Of a DNA stretch of 64,000 nucleotides, positions 51,201 to 64,000 are shown piece after piece. Source of the DNA: Fimbriosthenelais zetlandica (Eukaryota); NCBI GenBank assembly GCA_977030845.1, contig OZ365112.1:25792001-25856000 (forward strand), in the 5' to 3' direction. Each line of letters opens with the position of its first letter. The first letter of the stretch is position 1. Both the position numbers and the translations under genes were made by a program. The notes under the pieces are model-generated. The model did not search any database. It was not told where the DNA came from and worked only from the letters and a program-made list of their open reading frames with translations.

Positions 51201-53250
51201 CGTCTTATTTTCTAAATAGTTCAGAAAGTTTTGTCTTAGAAGAAGTACTTTTGCCAGGGGCTTTCACCTCTTTTCTTCAAAGCTTAAGTTTATCATATAT
51301 CAATGGAAGGTTTAATCCTTTATTTATGGCTGGTGCGTGGCGAGCCCCTTGGATGGGGTATAAGATGCTAGCTGGATTAGCTTGGGGGTAATCCTAATGT
51401 TAAATATATAGTTAGGGACGGGTAGCATGACTTCTCAATGTAAACAAGAGGCCTTTGGAAGGAGAGAAGCACTTTGCACCACCTTGTCGCTGCTTTGTAA
51501 GTGTGACTCCAATTCTCATGAGGATGAATCTCGTATAGTAAAATGATGCTACTTCTTATGGATGCCTCAAGGTTGGACTTGGGAGTGGTACAAGGTTTTT
51601 TTTCATTTAGATCTCTATAGATATTAGGCACGCAATGCTTATTTAGTTAATTGATTGTGAATAAAAAACAATTTGGAAATGCTTCATGGGACTAATAGTG
51701 GACAACTAGGTATATAATACAACTGTTATCTAACTGGATAGAGCATTGCATCACAGGGCTATAGCATACCTTAGCCTATATAATATGGGTTGTATACATA
51801 ATATTATGTACTGTATACGCCATAAACTGCTGAAGATAATCCAATCAATAATACTTTTGATACTCCATTACAAAATTAACATTACAAGTCGGCAATGCAG
51901 TCTAAGTATCCTAGATTTAGTTCAAACAACCCAGACAACTTTCAATATAAACGCGGGTGAAAACAGCATCTGGTGAGAAATTTATTGTCCGCGCTCTTTG
52001 ATCTATGAGGTTATTAATTGTGACGATGCCATTGGTTGTCGAAGCCAGACTTGATTGAGGGAGTGGAGCTTGTGCAATATTAATTTACAGGCCCGTCAAT
52101 GAATTATTAATGAGAGCAATAACTTTAAGTTAATTGATGAATTTCGTCCATCCAACGCCTACCCACCGGCACTCAGTTATGTCTGGATTGTCTAGGCAAC
52201 TTAATCTTGTTCTCCCAGTTATTGACTTACCTAAATTTGTTACCCCATAACTCTCCTGAAACTTGCTGAACACTTTAATCACAGGTTCAAGTATATATAG
52301 CTTGCAGGAGAAGAAAGATTGTGCAGAAGTGACCTCATAATATATTACCTTTATTATTCACTAACTTCGGCAATTTACATGCATCTTGATGTGGAATGGT
52401 ATGAGGTTATAACTCTCAGATTTTCCCTCTGCAAACCTACTGAGAAGTTTCAGTTCAGCTCTCTCCGCTACAAATAGCATGAATGGAACCACTCTCTTCC
52501 CATGTGGATGCCATTAAGGATATTTTGGTGGTGAAGCCTTGCCCACTCTTCTAGCTGCAGCTCCACAGATGCTATAGAAGTACGGGATATATATATTTAT
52601 GTGTTCAATGTCCATTCTCTGCGAATATGGGGAATGATTAGCCCTGAGACTCGTTAACCTTTACGTTTCGTTATAAACGACAGTGCTGAATCCATCATGT
52701 GATACATGGTTTGTGTTAGCCATTTCGGGCTGTTGCGCATGGAAATGTTTATCGCGAGATTTTCCAGGGCTGTCTCCACGTGTTATGATAGCAAACAGAT
52801 GGTATAAAGCTATGATCTTAATGTTAAATTCCTAGGAGTTACGGTGTAAGAGATGTATTATACTCAACATCTGGTATATGATCCCCCAAGGACAAATCAA
52901 CATGCACTGTTCTATATAGGGCAGCTTCTCCTATTCACCTCTTTTATTTCTGCAAGTTTAATCGGGGATACATTGAAGCAATGTATACATATTAGTGAGG
53001 AAAACTTAGTTTATTCCTATGTTAAGTGATACTGAATTTGTCTGGGGTTAGAATTGGCAAATTGTTGGGCAGCCTGCGAGGGCGAGCCAACCTTAGCCTT
53101 ATCTAGTTACCAAGTGCATGAATTCAATGTACTTTGGTTGGAAAATTCCAGGGCAGTTCCTCGAAAGTGTTCTGCAGAGTCGAAATGTGTAAACCACAAG
53201 CACGTGGCCCTCATTAGACTGGCCCGCATGAGAGGCTTGATTTAGCCTGA

Positions 53251-53280
53251 TGCGCATGCGCTGTCTGCCCTTACTTCCGG
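53251..53280. promoter_or_regulatory. NRF1 plus ETS motif pair
   Basis: TGCGCATGCGC 53251-53261 and ACTTCCGG 53273-53280; a pairing typical of vertebrate housekeeping promoters. No CpG island or gene recognised around it. Confidence 0.4.
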
Positions 53281-56200
53281 TGCTCCCTTCAAAATATATA
53301 ATCCTGATATACCCCAACTGAAAAGCACCCTACAATTAGTTCATGTAAACGAATGATGCAACGTTTCTTCTTTTAAACTTTTTTTATTTCTAGGGGACTG
53401 AATTTGTTGAAATTTAAATTGGATTTGTGGTCTCCTCTCGCTAAAGCTTTTTTGTCAGAAAGTGCTTCAAAGCCTCTGAAGTAGCTATACTTCAAGTTGG
53501 CTGTAAGAAGGACCGGCGTGCTCTTCTGCACGAATTGCACTTAATCCAATGGTGTTTTCAATCTAGAAGTAACACATTAGTTTCCTGTCCTCAGTTACTT
53601 CTGAATGGAGGGAGTGTACTTCTCCCTTTAACCTTTCTCTGAATATCCCAGGAAAAACTCATTCCCCCAACTCTCGTCAACTCCCTTGTCTAAATATTCA
53701 CATATGCTCCAAGTCAGATTTCACCCCATTAGAATAAAGCACGGACGGGAAGAACGAGACATGCTGGATAAGGAAAACCCCTGTAAATTAAACGAACTTG
53801 ACGTCGGAAAGAAGCTTTCTTTTTCTTTGGTTTTCAGCCAAGAGACCTTGGGGCTAAAAGGGAGTGTTGGTAAAAAGCAGTGTGGTTGAGGTTCGGGCAG
53901 GAGCTTTTACAAGGCTCGAGGGAACAGAGCCCGGTGTGAGAACGTGCCATTGTTTTCTGAGAGGTTAAGGTTAATATCTTTGTGCCGAGGCTGCCACTTT
54001 CTTTGCCAAACAAAACACTGGGGCCTCTAACTGCTCAGGGCTCGTTCACAGCATTAATCCCCATGTTTTGGCATTATTTAACAATGCACTAAGCTTTTAA
54101 GGAAGCCTATAGAACCTTACCATGGTAATTCCTTGAACAAATACAGTCATTCTTGTACAAATATTTACCTGTAATGCAAGTATATAATCGTATTAACAGT
54201 TTTCCTTCCTACCTTCAACTAACCTTAATTGCCATGACTTCAGACCTTGAGAAAAACCTGATATTTTCTTTACCGACTGCCCAGAGAAAAAATGACTCGA
54301 ACCATTTTTTGTCTTGTTTTGTTTCTGAATGAGTGGCAAAACAGATAGTATCTAAGCCACCATTGACTTATTCCCCAAAACACTCCACTGTACACGGCTC
54401 TAAAATCCAGTCCCGGTAGCATACATAACATCTGTTCCTCGTGAACAGTGTATAAAGTGGCTGCTCCTCACTCCCTTTGCCGGGTACGAAGTAACCTAGA
54501 CTCCCCACTCCATATTTTTCACTATAAGGGTTTTTTTTAAAGATGGAGGGTGGGAGGGGTATATAGGGGAGGTTTGATTTGTTGGACTGATTGTTGTTCT
54601 TATCAGGAGTAGAGGGACTACTCAACGTGCCAGATGATTACAACTTGTCGTCAGTCATCTCTTTGGATGCACTACAGTTTTTGTGAGCTTTTTAACAGTC
54701 TGGTTATATATCCAGCTGTACACTATATAGACTTGCTCCATCCTATCAATCTATGTCTACTTGTGTGTCATTCTAGACTGTATTAACTGTGTATTAGTAA
54801 AGGTTCATCTTCTGTAGAAATAAGTAATAACTGTCTAGGGCCAGTCGTACATTGACATGTATTCCTCAATAATCCAGACCTGATGAAATGACAGTTCTGT
54901 TCTATTTCTTGTAAAGCAAACACTTTGAATAGCCAACAATGTTTGGCAGTTGAAGGTTATAGGAACATATCCTTGCTGGATGTTGGCTGCCTATGTAAAA
55001 AGTCCATAAAAGCTGGGGTTATGCCTGCAATATTGCCAGATGTTAACGGCCCTTGTCTGTGTTAGATCTGCTGACGAACACATAGCCCTAGCTGCATGGG
55101 GCTTCAGGCATTGCCAGTGATAGCAGGCGAAGAAACGAAAAAAAAACAGCCCCGTTTGAATATGTTGTTTGATCACACAATCGTCCTGACTGCTGACGTA
55201 AAAATAACAATATGAAAATGGTACCACCGCCTCTGGCAGCACGGTATAAATTCATTGACAGTTGTCCTCCTAGATGGGAACCTTTTTGTCCTTGTACACA
55301 CACTCATAGGAAAGGCCTTGTCATTCACTTGAATGAAAGTGCACGAGAAATGCCCTTTTCAATACTGATGGTACAGCCCATGAATGCTACGAGACAGCAT
55401 CCTCAAGAGATCATTCACCAAGTGCCATTAGATATGGATCAGAGATCCTTGTGCAAATTGTTTTGCTTATGACACCGCCTTTTTAAAATGTATTAGCTTA
55501 TCATTAATGACATTTTATAAAGCAGCAGGTGATTGAGAATGGAGAGCTGCCTTACAGCACAAGCTGGATGGTGATTTATTTTGTATATCCTTTAAGCACT
55601 GCCTTTCACCTGCCATGTAAAAATATAATTATCACTAAATGTACTACAAAAAGCATTATTTATGCGCTCCTTTTTGACCACCCTCGTCCAGGCCAAGTAT
55701 GATTGCTTTTTGCAGAACAATGGCTCCAGGGAAATGATAGCTCTTATGGTCGAGATGTTGCTTCACCTTTTTAATGATGTGGGTGCGATTTTCCTGCCCA
55801 GGGTCTTTTGGTTTATTTGACCTAATATTGAGAACATGACATTTAGTTCAGCTTTACTCTGTCCCTTTCACTTTCTGGACCTGTTGACGTTACGTGATAT
55901 CTTCCTCTCATTCAATTCGGCCCTGGATATTTTTGTGATCTTTAATAATCCTGAATTGAACCAAATCAAATTTGACATTTTGTAAGAGTAATTGAAATGT
56001 TTTTGACTGCAATTGAATTATATTCTTTCGAGTCCTTGCACAATTTACTTTTTCGCCCTAAAGGTCTATTGCCTTCTATAGGAACAGGGTAGGAAAGTGA
56101 GGGAATGAATCGGTGCACGGCTACAGGCTTCCACTATAATAGAGCTTTGGAGATATAGCCACTGCATGACGAACGGTTTCTTACTTGGCAGCTAAGATAG

Positions 56201-57004
56201 GAGAGGATTAGTGTAAATTACCAACCGATGGTAATATATGGCCGGATGATAACACTAGCTAGTCTGAGACGAGGCTTAATGATCATTATAAATGTATAAT
56301 ATGCCAATAGGAGCCAGCTGAGATAGCAGAGGCAACATAATTATTCTCCGCCCATGGAATTATTCTGATATATAGGCTTTTGGCTTATCGCTTTGGCCTC
56401 TTCTCTAAGCTTGTGTCTTCTGATTATGGCTTTGTCGTAGATTGGATTGCACCTCACGTATATAAGTCATAGAGAATGGAATATAAATCTTCCTCTTACA
56501 AAGCTGGGAGGACTTTGACGATTAGCTTATCCCGACTTAATGTCATATATATCAGTCAGTCTAGGTGTATGCATTGATTTGTATCTGTTTCGAAGTTGGA
56601 TGTGAAGCCAGGATAACGTGGGAGGGAATACAGTGATGTATGTTTCGAGTTGAAAAATGAGATGATCTGAGATTGAAAATGGACTAAACTAAACAGATGC
56701 AAGACATTTAAACTGCAGTTATCCAGTAGTGAATTCAACTTGTTGAAGTTGTCACATCTGGTTTAGTTCTTTTGAAAGTGACGAACGGATATTTCCGCCA
56801 AATTGAAAAGAAGGTTGAACTTTTATCAGTGATCACCACCGCCTTTTCCTCTGACCTCATTCACCGACTCTTTCGTATTCATTAAAACACTAATCATTGA
56901 CATGTATGACTCCTGAGGAGGTTCGACTTCCTTTGGTCATGACCTACAGTGTAAACGAAAAGCAATACTTCCAAGCAATAAGTCCAAATGGATGCATATT
57001 CTCT

Positions 57005-57130
57005 GTATTTCCGTTTCCTTTCTATGACTTTCTGTTATCCTTCTCCCACTCCATGACTTTTTCTACCTCTCTCTTACCATCTATATCCTTCTGTCCATTT
57101 TTCCATCCCCTCCTCCCTTACTCCATCTAT
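57005..57130. repeat. Pyrimidine-rich low-complexity tract
   Basis: About 125 bp strongly C/T-biased on the plus strand, with no regular period. Confidence 0.6.
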
Positions 57131-58030
57131 CAATCAAAAGAACAACCAGTGGAGACAGTTGATTGAAGTAGTCTGCCTTATTGCTGGCATCTCTTGTTTT
57201 TAAATCACTCCTATTGAATGCCCTTCATTACCAGTCGCAAAGCCTGTAAGCCCCTGCATGGAGACTTCTTTTTTAGTCCTCGAGAAACAAGCCCAAAAAC
57301 TAGAGCTGGATTCCTTGTTATTGGGATGTACTTAAAATGAAGCTGAGGTGTAGAATAAAGGTTTTATATATAGTATATATACTGGAGGCTGTGTGTGTGT
57401 AGATCATCATCTCCTGTCATTGGGTGGAGCTGATCACTGAAGCCCCCAACTCCCACACTGCCTCCTACCATCCTGGCTTATCTCTGTCCTATCTCACAGA
57501 TGATATTAAAGCAAAATGGATGTCTCACTCTCCTGCCAAACGAGTATCCCTTATCGAATGAAGCAGGGATGATGAGAGTGGATCGTGATTGTTAATTAAA
57601 CTCCGAGCTATTCTCCAATACTGGAATACTATAACCAAAATACAGTCATAAGTTACATCTTCAAACTTTCGAAGAAAGACTTATAGATTTTGTTCAAGTT
57701 CATACAAACTCTATAGTTGTTCATGATTGATTGTCTGAGTTCACACAACTTCAGGGGGTCTTATCATAAAAAATAGATTGCTGTTATACATCCAACAACG
57801 GTATTGGTCTATGGGAAAATGTTGTGCAGCCATCCCTCCCCGTTCATGAAAAAAATCATTGAATTTTCGATCCAATAAGCATAACTCACTTAGAGTCAAT
57901 TTTTATTGATGGGGGATACAATCAGGGGGACACAATTTCTTCTTCTTCTCTGGAAGTTTCTGCATAATATCGGTTCCTTCTTTATAAGGATAAAAAAATA
58001 CGTCACTTTAACATTGACCATATCTTGTAG

Positions 58031-58086
58031 GCCAATCACGCTGCCTATTGGCAGGCAGTATAGCCACTTCCGGTGCTCTGACGTGA
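58031..58086. promoter_or_regulatory. CCAAT pair, ETS and ATF/CRE-like cluster
   Basis: GCCAATC 58031-58037; ATTGG 58047-58051; CACTTCCGG 58065-58073; TGACGTG 58079-58085. Confidence 0.35.
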
Positions 58087-61000
58087 TTCCCTGGGTACCT
58101 GCTATAGACTTCAATCTGGCCTCTGATAGAAACTTTAGAGATCACAGAAGTTTTATACTGATGCTCTGAGAAACGTTCCAAGATTTTTTCTATAGGTAAC
58201 TGGGTCAATGCATGAGGTCTGGGGGAACATAAGTATGTATGTTTTTTCAACTAAAGATGCATAACTTATGGGAAACTCGATTGCGTCGTTCAAACAACCA
58301 ATTTCTTGATTGCAACTGGAATTAGACTAGGGGGAGGGTCTTTCCATAAAAGTAAGACTAAGCAGAAAGTGCGGAGTGTGCCCACGTAGCCATATGATCA
58401 ATGCATGGTTTGAATTCATTGATTTGGAAGTCAATTGTTTATGATCGACGTGAGGCCACTTAGCTATGCTGATCACGGAAAGCAATGGACATTAAGCAGT
58501 CAATTATTACCGTATTTGCATGGATATCGTTAATTTTCCACCAGTAGAGCTTTCTCTCTCCGATTTATCAGGTCCAATTAACGTCTAATACACTCTTTCA
58601 GGAGCAAAACTGTTGATCAGCACCCAATGGAATACACATTATGATCAAACCTGAATACCTTAATGTTTATCTTTGAGGTGTTTTATCTAATTATCTGGTC
58701 CTTTACTGAAAAACGTACACACCCATACGTGCTTCTGGATAGCCTTTTTCCTGTGTGGCCATAATTCAAAGCTGCTGCGAAGGACCTTAAAATTCCCCCT
58801 TATATAGTTTAATGGAAATGAAGATTGCTATTCACTTTTTCTCCTTATAAAAAGAGTAATGCGCCATCTATGTTTTTGCCACTCCTATAAGTTGTGCTTT
58901 GGTCCATCAGTGAATAGCATAATGAACTTCTCAGGATTTTAACATTGTGGGGTGAACGGTCCACTAAGTTAATTAAAAACCTGATGGATTGCCTATCACT
59001 GAAAGCTTTCATCCACAAATCATGGGTTCCCCTCATTCCCTTCCTGAAGACAAACCAGATGCAGAGGGCCTCACAAGAGTGTACGTGAATCTGGACCCCA
59101 AACACTTTGGGTGGATATTATGAACTGAAACAGTTATAAATTCACTGGATTCAAAGCTGTTTCATAACGATAATTCATGTCCAAAACCAGTGCCATGTAG
59201 TATTTTTGATGTACTGTAACAATTATGTGATGACGTGGTACTTTGCCAGGGTGGAACCTTTTGGAATGTCAACAGTAAGTGTAAACCTCTCTGCCCGCTT
59301 TTGTTTCTGGAGGCAACTGGCATCGAAAAGTTGTCATAACAGAAAGAGGGGGTGGGGGAGTTGCACCGAGGGACTTTGATGAAAGTATACACTAGGAGTG
59401 TCCTGCATTGTATCCACCAGCGACAGGATCACGTCACTAATTACAACTCCCCTGGATGGGTTTAAAATCCAAGTAGTTTCATATTACCTGACTGAAGATC
59501 TATAATCAATGAAGAAACCAGGCGATTGTCGCAAATGTGCAGGCTCCTTTAAGGGATTGAATTCATTTAAATGTATTGTCCCTGTTAGCCTGGATTCCAT
59601 GATATCTTTGGTATTTAAGCTGGAAAGGCGCAATCATTACATAATGTGATATGTTGTAATAGACACTTTATGCAACATTACATAACTCATGTTATCCATC
59701 CACTTGTTGCTGCAAATACTACTGATAACCATCTCGTGTGTATACAAGTCGGAAGCTAAAATAGGACTTGAATCACATTCCCACGTTACTTAATCAGACC
59801 ACTGTGGGATTAGATAATTTTTATGGCCAGGCATATCGTATGGAAGGTTACATTGTAGAACGTTTGTACAAGCAAGACTTGTTTCTGGATGATTTGAACA
59901 TACAAGAATGATCTATGTATTCTAAATATCTAACTTATATTGGTATAATAAGTCTCTACATTCAACCTCATAGTTTTTCAATGAATTCATTTTGATTCAC
60001 GACTAGAATAATCTCATTTTGCGACTCACACATTCTGTTAAGATCTCGACACTTGAAAATTGGATTCAGACTTGAAGGTGTTCTTTCAAGTATCTGTTTT
60101 CTATATGGTCATGCCCCTGCGACACAATCCGTTCTAATTCCTGTCATTTAATATCTTCAGCGCTGCTTTTAAAACATTAACATCACAAAAAACTTGCCCA
60201 ACTTGATGAAGATAGCTTCAGATTAGATAATACTTGGTGTTCCTTCAACAGAAGGTGCCTGCCAGCGTCTGAGGACATGCCTGAAGGGGCTGTGACAAAA
60301 GATCAGCACCAAATAACCTCCATCTTCCTCCCCACCTCAAATTATCCATGTAAACAGATCCACTCCGCTCCCATTTCAAGGCTTTGATATGATTTATAGA
60401 TGAGTCCTTTTGACTCCCTGCTTGATCATTTACAAGTAAAGGAGCAAAAAAGGCAGGAAGAATGTGAGTGTGAAAGGCCGCGTGATTGAGATTAATATGC
60501 CCCAGCTCTGCCTTGTGAATTTTGGAAGCTTTTTCCCACCCCTTTACCATCCGGAGTCTGGGTTCTTTTCTCCTCTCTTTATTCCCCCTCATTTAATTCA
60601 GTTTGAGCAACTAGATCCATTCTCGTTGGGATAGAAGGAGACACAGTCGTATTCTGATATGTATCCATTCTGTGACTCAATTCAGGACATCGCTTTCCCA
60701 TGCAGGTTTTTTTAGTATAGCTAGTACAAATTCAAAAAGCAAACTATTTAATGGACCAAAAAAGAGCCAAAACTGCCTTAGAAAATAGAGTTAGACTTAG
60801 ATTAAAGTTAAAGCTTATCATCTTCAGTATGATTTGATTTTGATCATCGGAAAAGAGACCCTTTGATTAAATCTCATTTTACACATGTTAGGTTTGTCTA
60901 GACTTCTATCAAGAGAATCATTCCCAGACATTGTACATATTTTTATTTCAAGATTTAATTTGAGTCTTGCAGTAGGAATTTAACAGCGAAGGAACTATAA

Positions 61001-62528
61001 GCTGCAGCCGTAGAAGATGTTGTTTGTATGTCTGGCGTCGATTCTAGGTGCAAATTGGTGACTACAGCTAACAGCCTCATCCTCCTGGTTCGAAGGTGTC
61101 TGATGAAAGTCCAGACCTTTCATTGCCAGCAATGGTGGATCTGTTTCACAAAGCTCCCCTATACAATAGACTCAACATTATAGCACATCTACTTATATTA
61201 GCCATACGATACAGACTCCCATTAACATCCACACTTCACTCCCAACATACAACATAACACTCAGTGTAATGAGGATGTGATCAAATAGTTCTCTTATAAA
61301 AAGATAATCAGGATTATATATCAAGCTCTCGGACCATCCGATGATCACCAGACTTTCATTATTACATAGGGAAGCTTTTGCTCTGCTGTCTCATTAACAA
61401 AGGCGACACTATAAAGCTGTGCAAGCTATATGTGGCATATTTTAATATCCAGTTGACTACCCATTAGCTAATGGAGCAACAGCTCGAGCATTTTTTAACA
61501 GATCATTCACTGTACATAGGGTAATGGCATGAAATCACCTTTCAAACACACTCTAAAGAGAAAGGGGTCTTTCTGTGGTGGTTTGGTAACTGACATTAAC
61601 TTCCCTTGTACCTTTGCTATAGGTCTACATGGTTTCTTTTATGGGCAGGGCCGGTGTTTACCTTCAGGTATAGTAAGAATCTTGAGTGAAACTGAGCCCC
61701 GGTCCGCTTTCACCTGTTGCTTCCCACAAGCTTAAGGTCACATGAAGGGCAATGGTCAGCAGCCTCAAGCTTCTTAGATGTCGATGAAGACAGTTTTTTA
61801 AGCTGAAATTTCTTTGCTCAGTCTGAGCTTTTGCCTTCATATTTTTGTCATAACATGCATTGTAGGGCAAGCAGTTATGTTAAAATTGTTACAGTATAGC
61901 CTTTGTTAGGGCAACAGAAATAACCATTAAAATAAGATCATTCATTGTTCAGCAAGGTGTATAGATAGAAGAATGTCATTGGAAAAAGGAAATTTGTAAA
62001 AAGTGCAGACAGGGAATTGACCTAAATAGAAGGCTGTCCAAGAAACAAGATTTCAATTTTCTCCCCTGGGACCAAGGTGGCGTGCTGCAAATTAAATCTG
62101 TTATTTCTGATGGACTCGACCTTTCTGAGAGCCGAGGAAAAAGTGTTTCCCTGATGGAGGTAGGTGAAGCTGAGATGATGGAAGCAGAGCCGTGGTTCTC
62201 CGGATTTAATTTCCTGATTTACTCTCTATCAGCACAGGTTCTATACTCAGGTGCCATATGACACCATGTCTCGGCTCTTACCACTCCTGGACTCACTCCT
62301 CCTTCAGGGCTGCCCATTCTTCCCGCTATTCATACAAGCCTCTTTCACAGGCAGGAAATAAGCCCTTCATTAAATGCATTCACTTCGGAAGCTGGCCTGA
62401 CAATTATATTAATTAGACACTGCGACAAGTCTTTCTATTGGAAACCAGGCACCTTTTTGTCGCAGCTGCTGCAGCTATAATAAGTACACATTGTCAGGCG
62501 TGAAGTAATGGCCTGGCATATATATTGG

Positions 62529-62569
62529 GTCATGTGACAGGACATACAAGATGGCGCCCATCAGGAAGT
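62529..62569. promoter_or_regulatory. YY1 and ETS-like motif cluster
   Basis: GTCATGTGAC (E-box-like), CAAGATGGCGCC (YY1 consensus, 62547-62558), CAGGAAGT (62562-62569). Confidence 0.3.
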
Positions 62570-63384
62570 GTTTCAGGAAGATGCTGTCTCGAACAGGCTG
62601 ACTGACACCCTCCTTTGACACATTTGACAGCCTGGCGTTATGAAGACTAAGCTCCCAAGAAAGATTCAGTGCCTGAGACTACCTCCTCTGCTACACATTC
62701 TAATAATGATCTGTGTTTATGCTGCCGAGGTGTGCATAGCACCATAACTCGTCTTGTCGTCTTGTATTCACATCTTGTTTTGGTTTCCATGGCGATGGAC
62801 CGGAAGTAGGTGGCAAGAGAGTCCATCCATCTCGTTTTGCTTTTGCTTGAGGTATTTTGTTAGTTTCATACACCCAGAGGGATGCATAATTAAATTCTTG
62901 TATTTCATTGCTTGCTTATGATCAATTGGAGACAACAGGAAGCAAGACCCGCGGTTGTATATTCTTGTCAGGCCCACCTGGACATAAAGGCAGACAGGCA
63001 TTAACTCGCATGAATAAACCATGGAGGTTTTCCTCAAGAAAAAATGCTCTACCCTCCCTTGGAGTCCCCAGGCTTTGCCAACCAGTCGTCCCGTTACAAT
63101 GGATCCATTTGCACCTGGCCAATCAGATTGATCCTACAAACTCAATTTGGGATGCTTTTGGATGGCTTGAGAATCATATAGCTTCCCACGGTACGACACC
63201 TGCCAGGGTCGAAGGCGGCGCCTCCTGGGCCTGAATCTGTTACAATAATGCGCCTGTCAGATATGTCATTGGTCGCACTGAAAGATTGATGTCAATGCAG
63301 AGTGACTAGCACACTAACTCAAAGCCCTTGTTCCACATCCTTTGAAAAGGCATTTACATGTATAATTCACATGGTCTTTTCAGC

Positions 63385-63450
63385 ATGCTGGAGAATCATG
63401 TCAGCCCAGACCTTCCCCCCTGTTTATTGATGCTCGATGGCACTGCCTTC
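63385..63450 (+). mobile_element. mariner/Tc1 SPDL-motif remnant
   Basis: MLENHVSPDLPPCLLMLDGTAF resembles mariner HPPYSPDLAP(S/C)DFxLF (SPDLPPC 63403-63423). Short and partial. Confidence 0.22.
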
Positions 63451-64000
63451 ACGGTCACAGCACTGCTGAAAATTGGTGCTGAACCAGGTGGTGTATACAA
63501 CTGGAAAAGCATTGGGTCATCACTGGAGGGTAATTGGTGGATGTACATTGATGTTATTTTGTCAGGTCATCCATCATTAGGTCTCTAATCCAATGCTTCC
63601 GGGGTGGCTTTCTACGGTGGCATTCACAACAATCCCACATTTCGTTACCGTAAATATTCTTTTTCCCCCGTACCGTTTTTGTGGCGGGTCTGCTGCTCCT
63701 GTGTGGCAGGTGTTGTGGGCCTGGAAAATTAGGCAAGGTCAAGGCTGGTGTCATCGACTGCGTCAGTTTCAATGAGGGTCTGTGTGCTGGAGCTGTTAAA
63801 ATTACATGAACCATCTTATAACTAATGCAAGTGAAATACAAGCCTCATATCGCCTTGCATCATGTCTCCTGGGTGTGCAGCTGAATTAGGAGTTCATCCT
63901 GACATTGTTCTTATAAAATTTCATTGAAAGTCCTGCATACTCATCATCATAATTATAGTTCTAAAGGAGGCTGTTTGTAACTTGAATGTTAACTGTACAA

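Noticed and set aside
55821-55890. PNI...HFLDL as a Penelope RT motif
   Set aside because: No YxDD upstream and an in-frame stop; weak.
61100-61123. CTGATGA followed by a 7-bp hairpin
   Set aside because: No GAAA after the stem, so not a hammerhead; a 7-bp stem is expected by chance.
1-64000. CRISPR array, operon, rRNA/tRNA genes or a novel prokaryotic-type defence or retron system
   Set aside because: No regularly spaced 23-50 bp repeats, no long ORFs or RBS-led gene runs, and no complete cloverleaf or rRNA signature seen by eye.

Overview
This looks like eukaryotic (animal-like), essentially non-coding DNA, not a prokaryotic or viral locus. GC is about 40-45% by eye and CpG is moderately depleted (12 CpG in the first 600 bp by hand count). 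It has CT/GA microsatellites and GT-AG splice-like signals. No ORF exceeds 179 aa, which is about what chance gives at this length and composition. I found no complete gene, operon, CRISPR array, rRNA, tRNA or intact transposon, and I cannot support a claim of a new biological system. What I can support: (1) several simple repeats and one short tandem duplication; (2) a few candidate spliced exons, the best a signal-peptide-like first coding exon at 48089-48212 (+); (3) compact clusters of vertebrate-type promoter motifs (NRF1, ETS, CRE, YY1, E-box, CCAAT, RFX) with no recognisable gene attached; (4) many short peptide motifs diagnostic of unrelated families (LINE RT GVPQGSVL, Regnase/NYN VIDGSNVA, Tc1, mariner, hAT, RNase H, APE endonuclease, C2H2 linker), each losing similarity within a few codons. 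This motif-island patchwork is the most unusual property of the window. It fits either a very old transposon graveyard or a synthetic/model-generated sequence, and a database search is needed to decide. All family consensus motifs were recalled from memory; no search was run.
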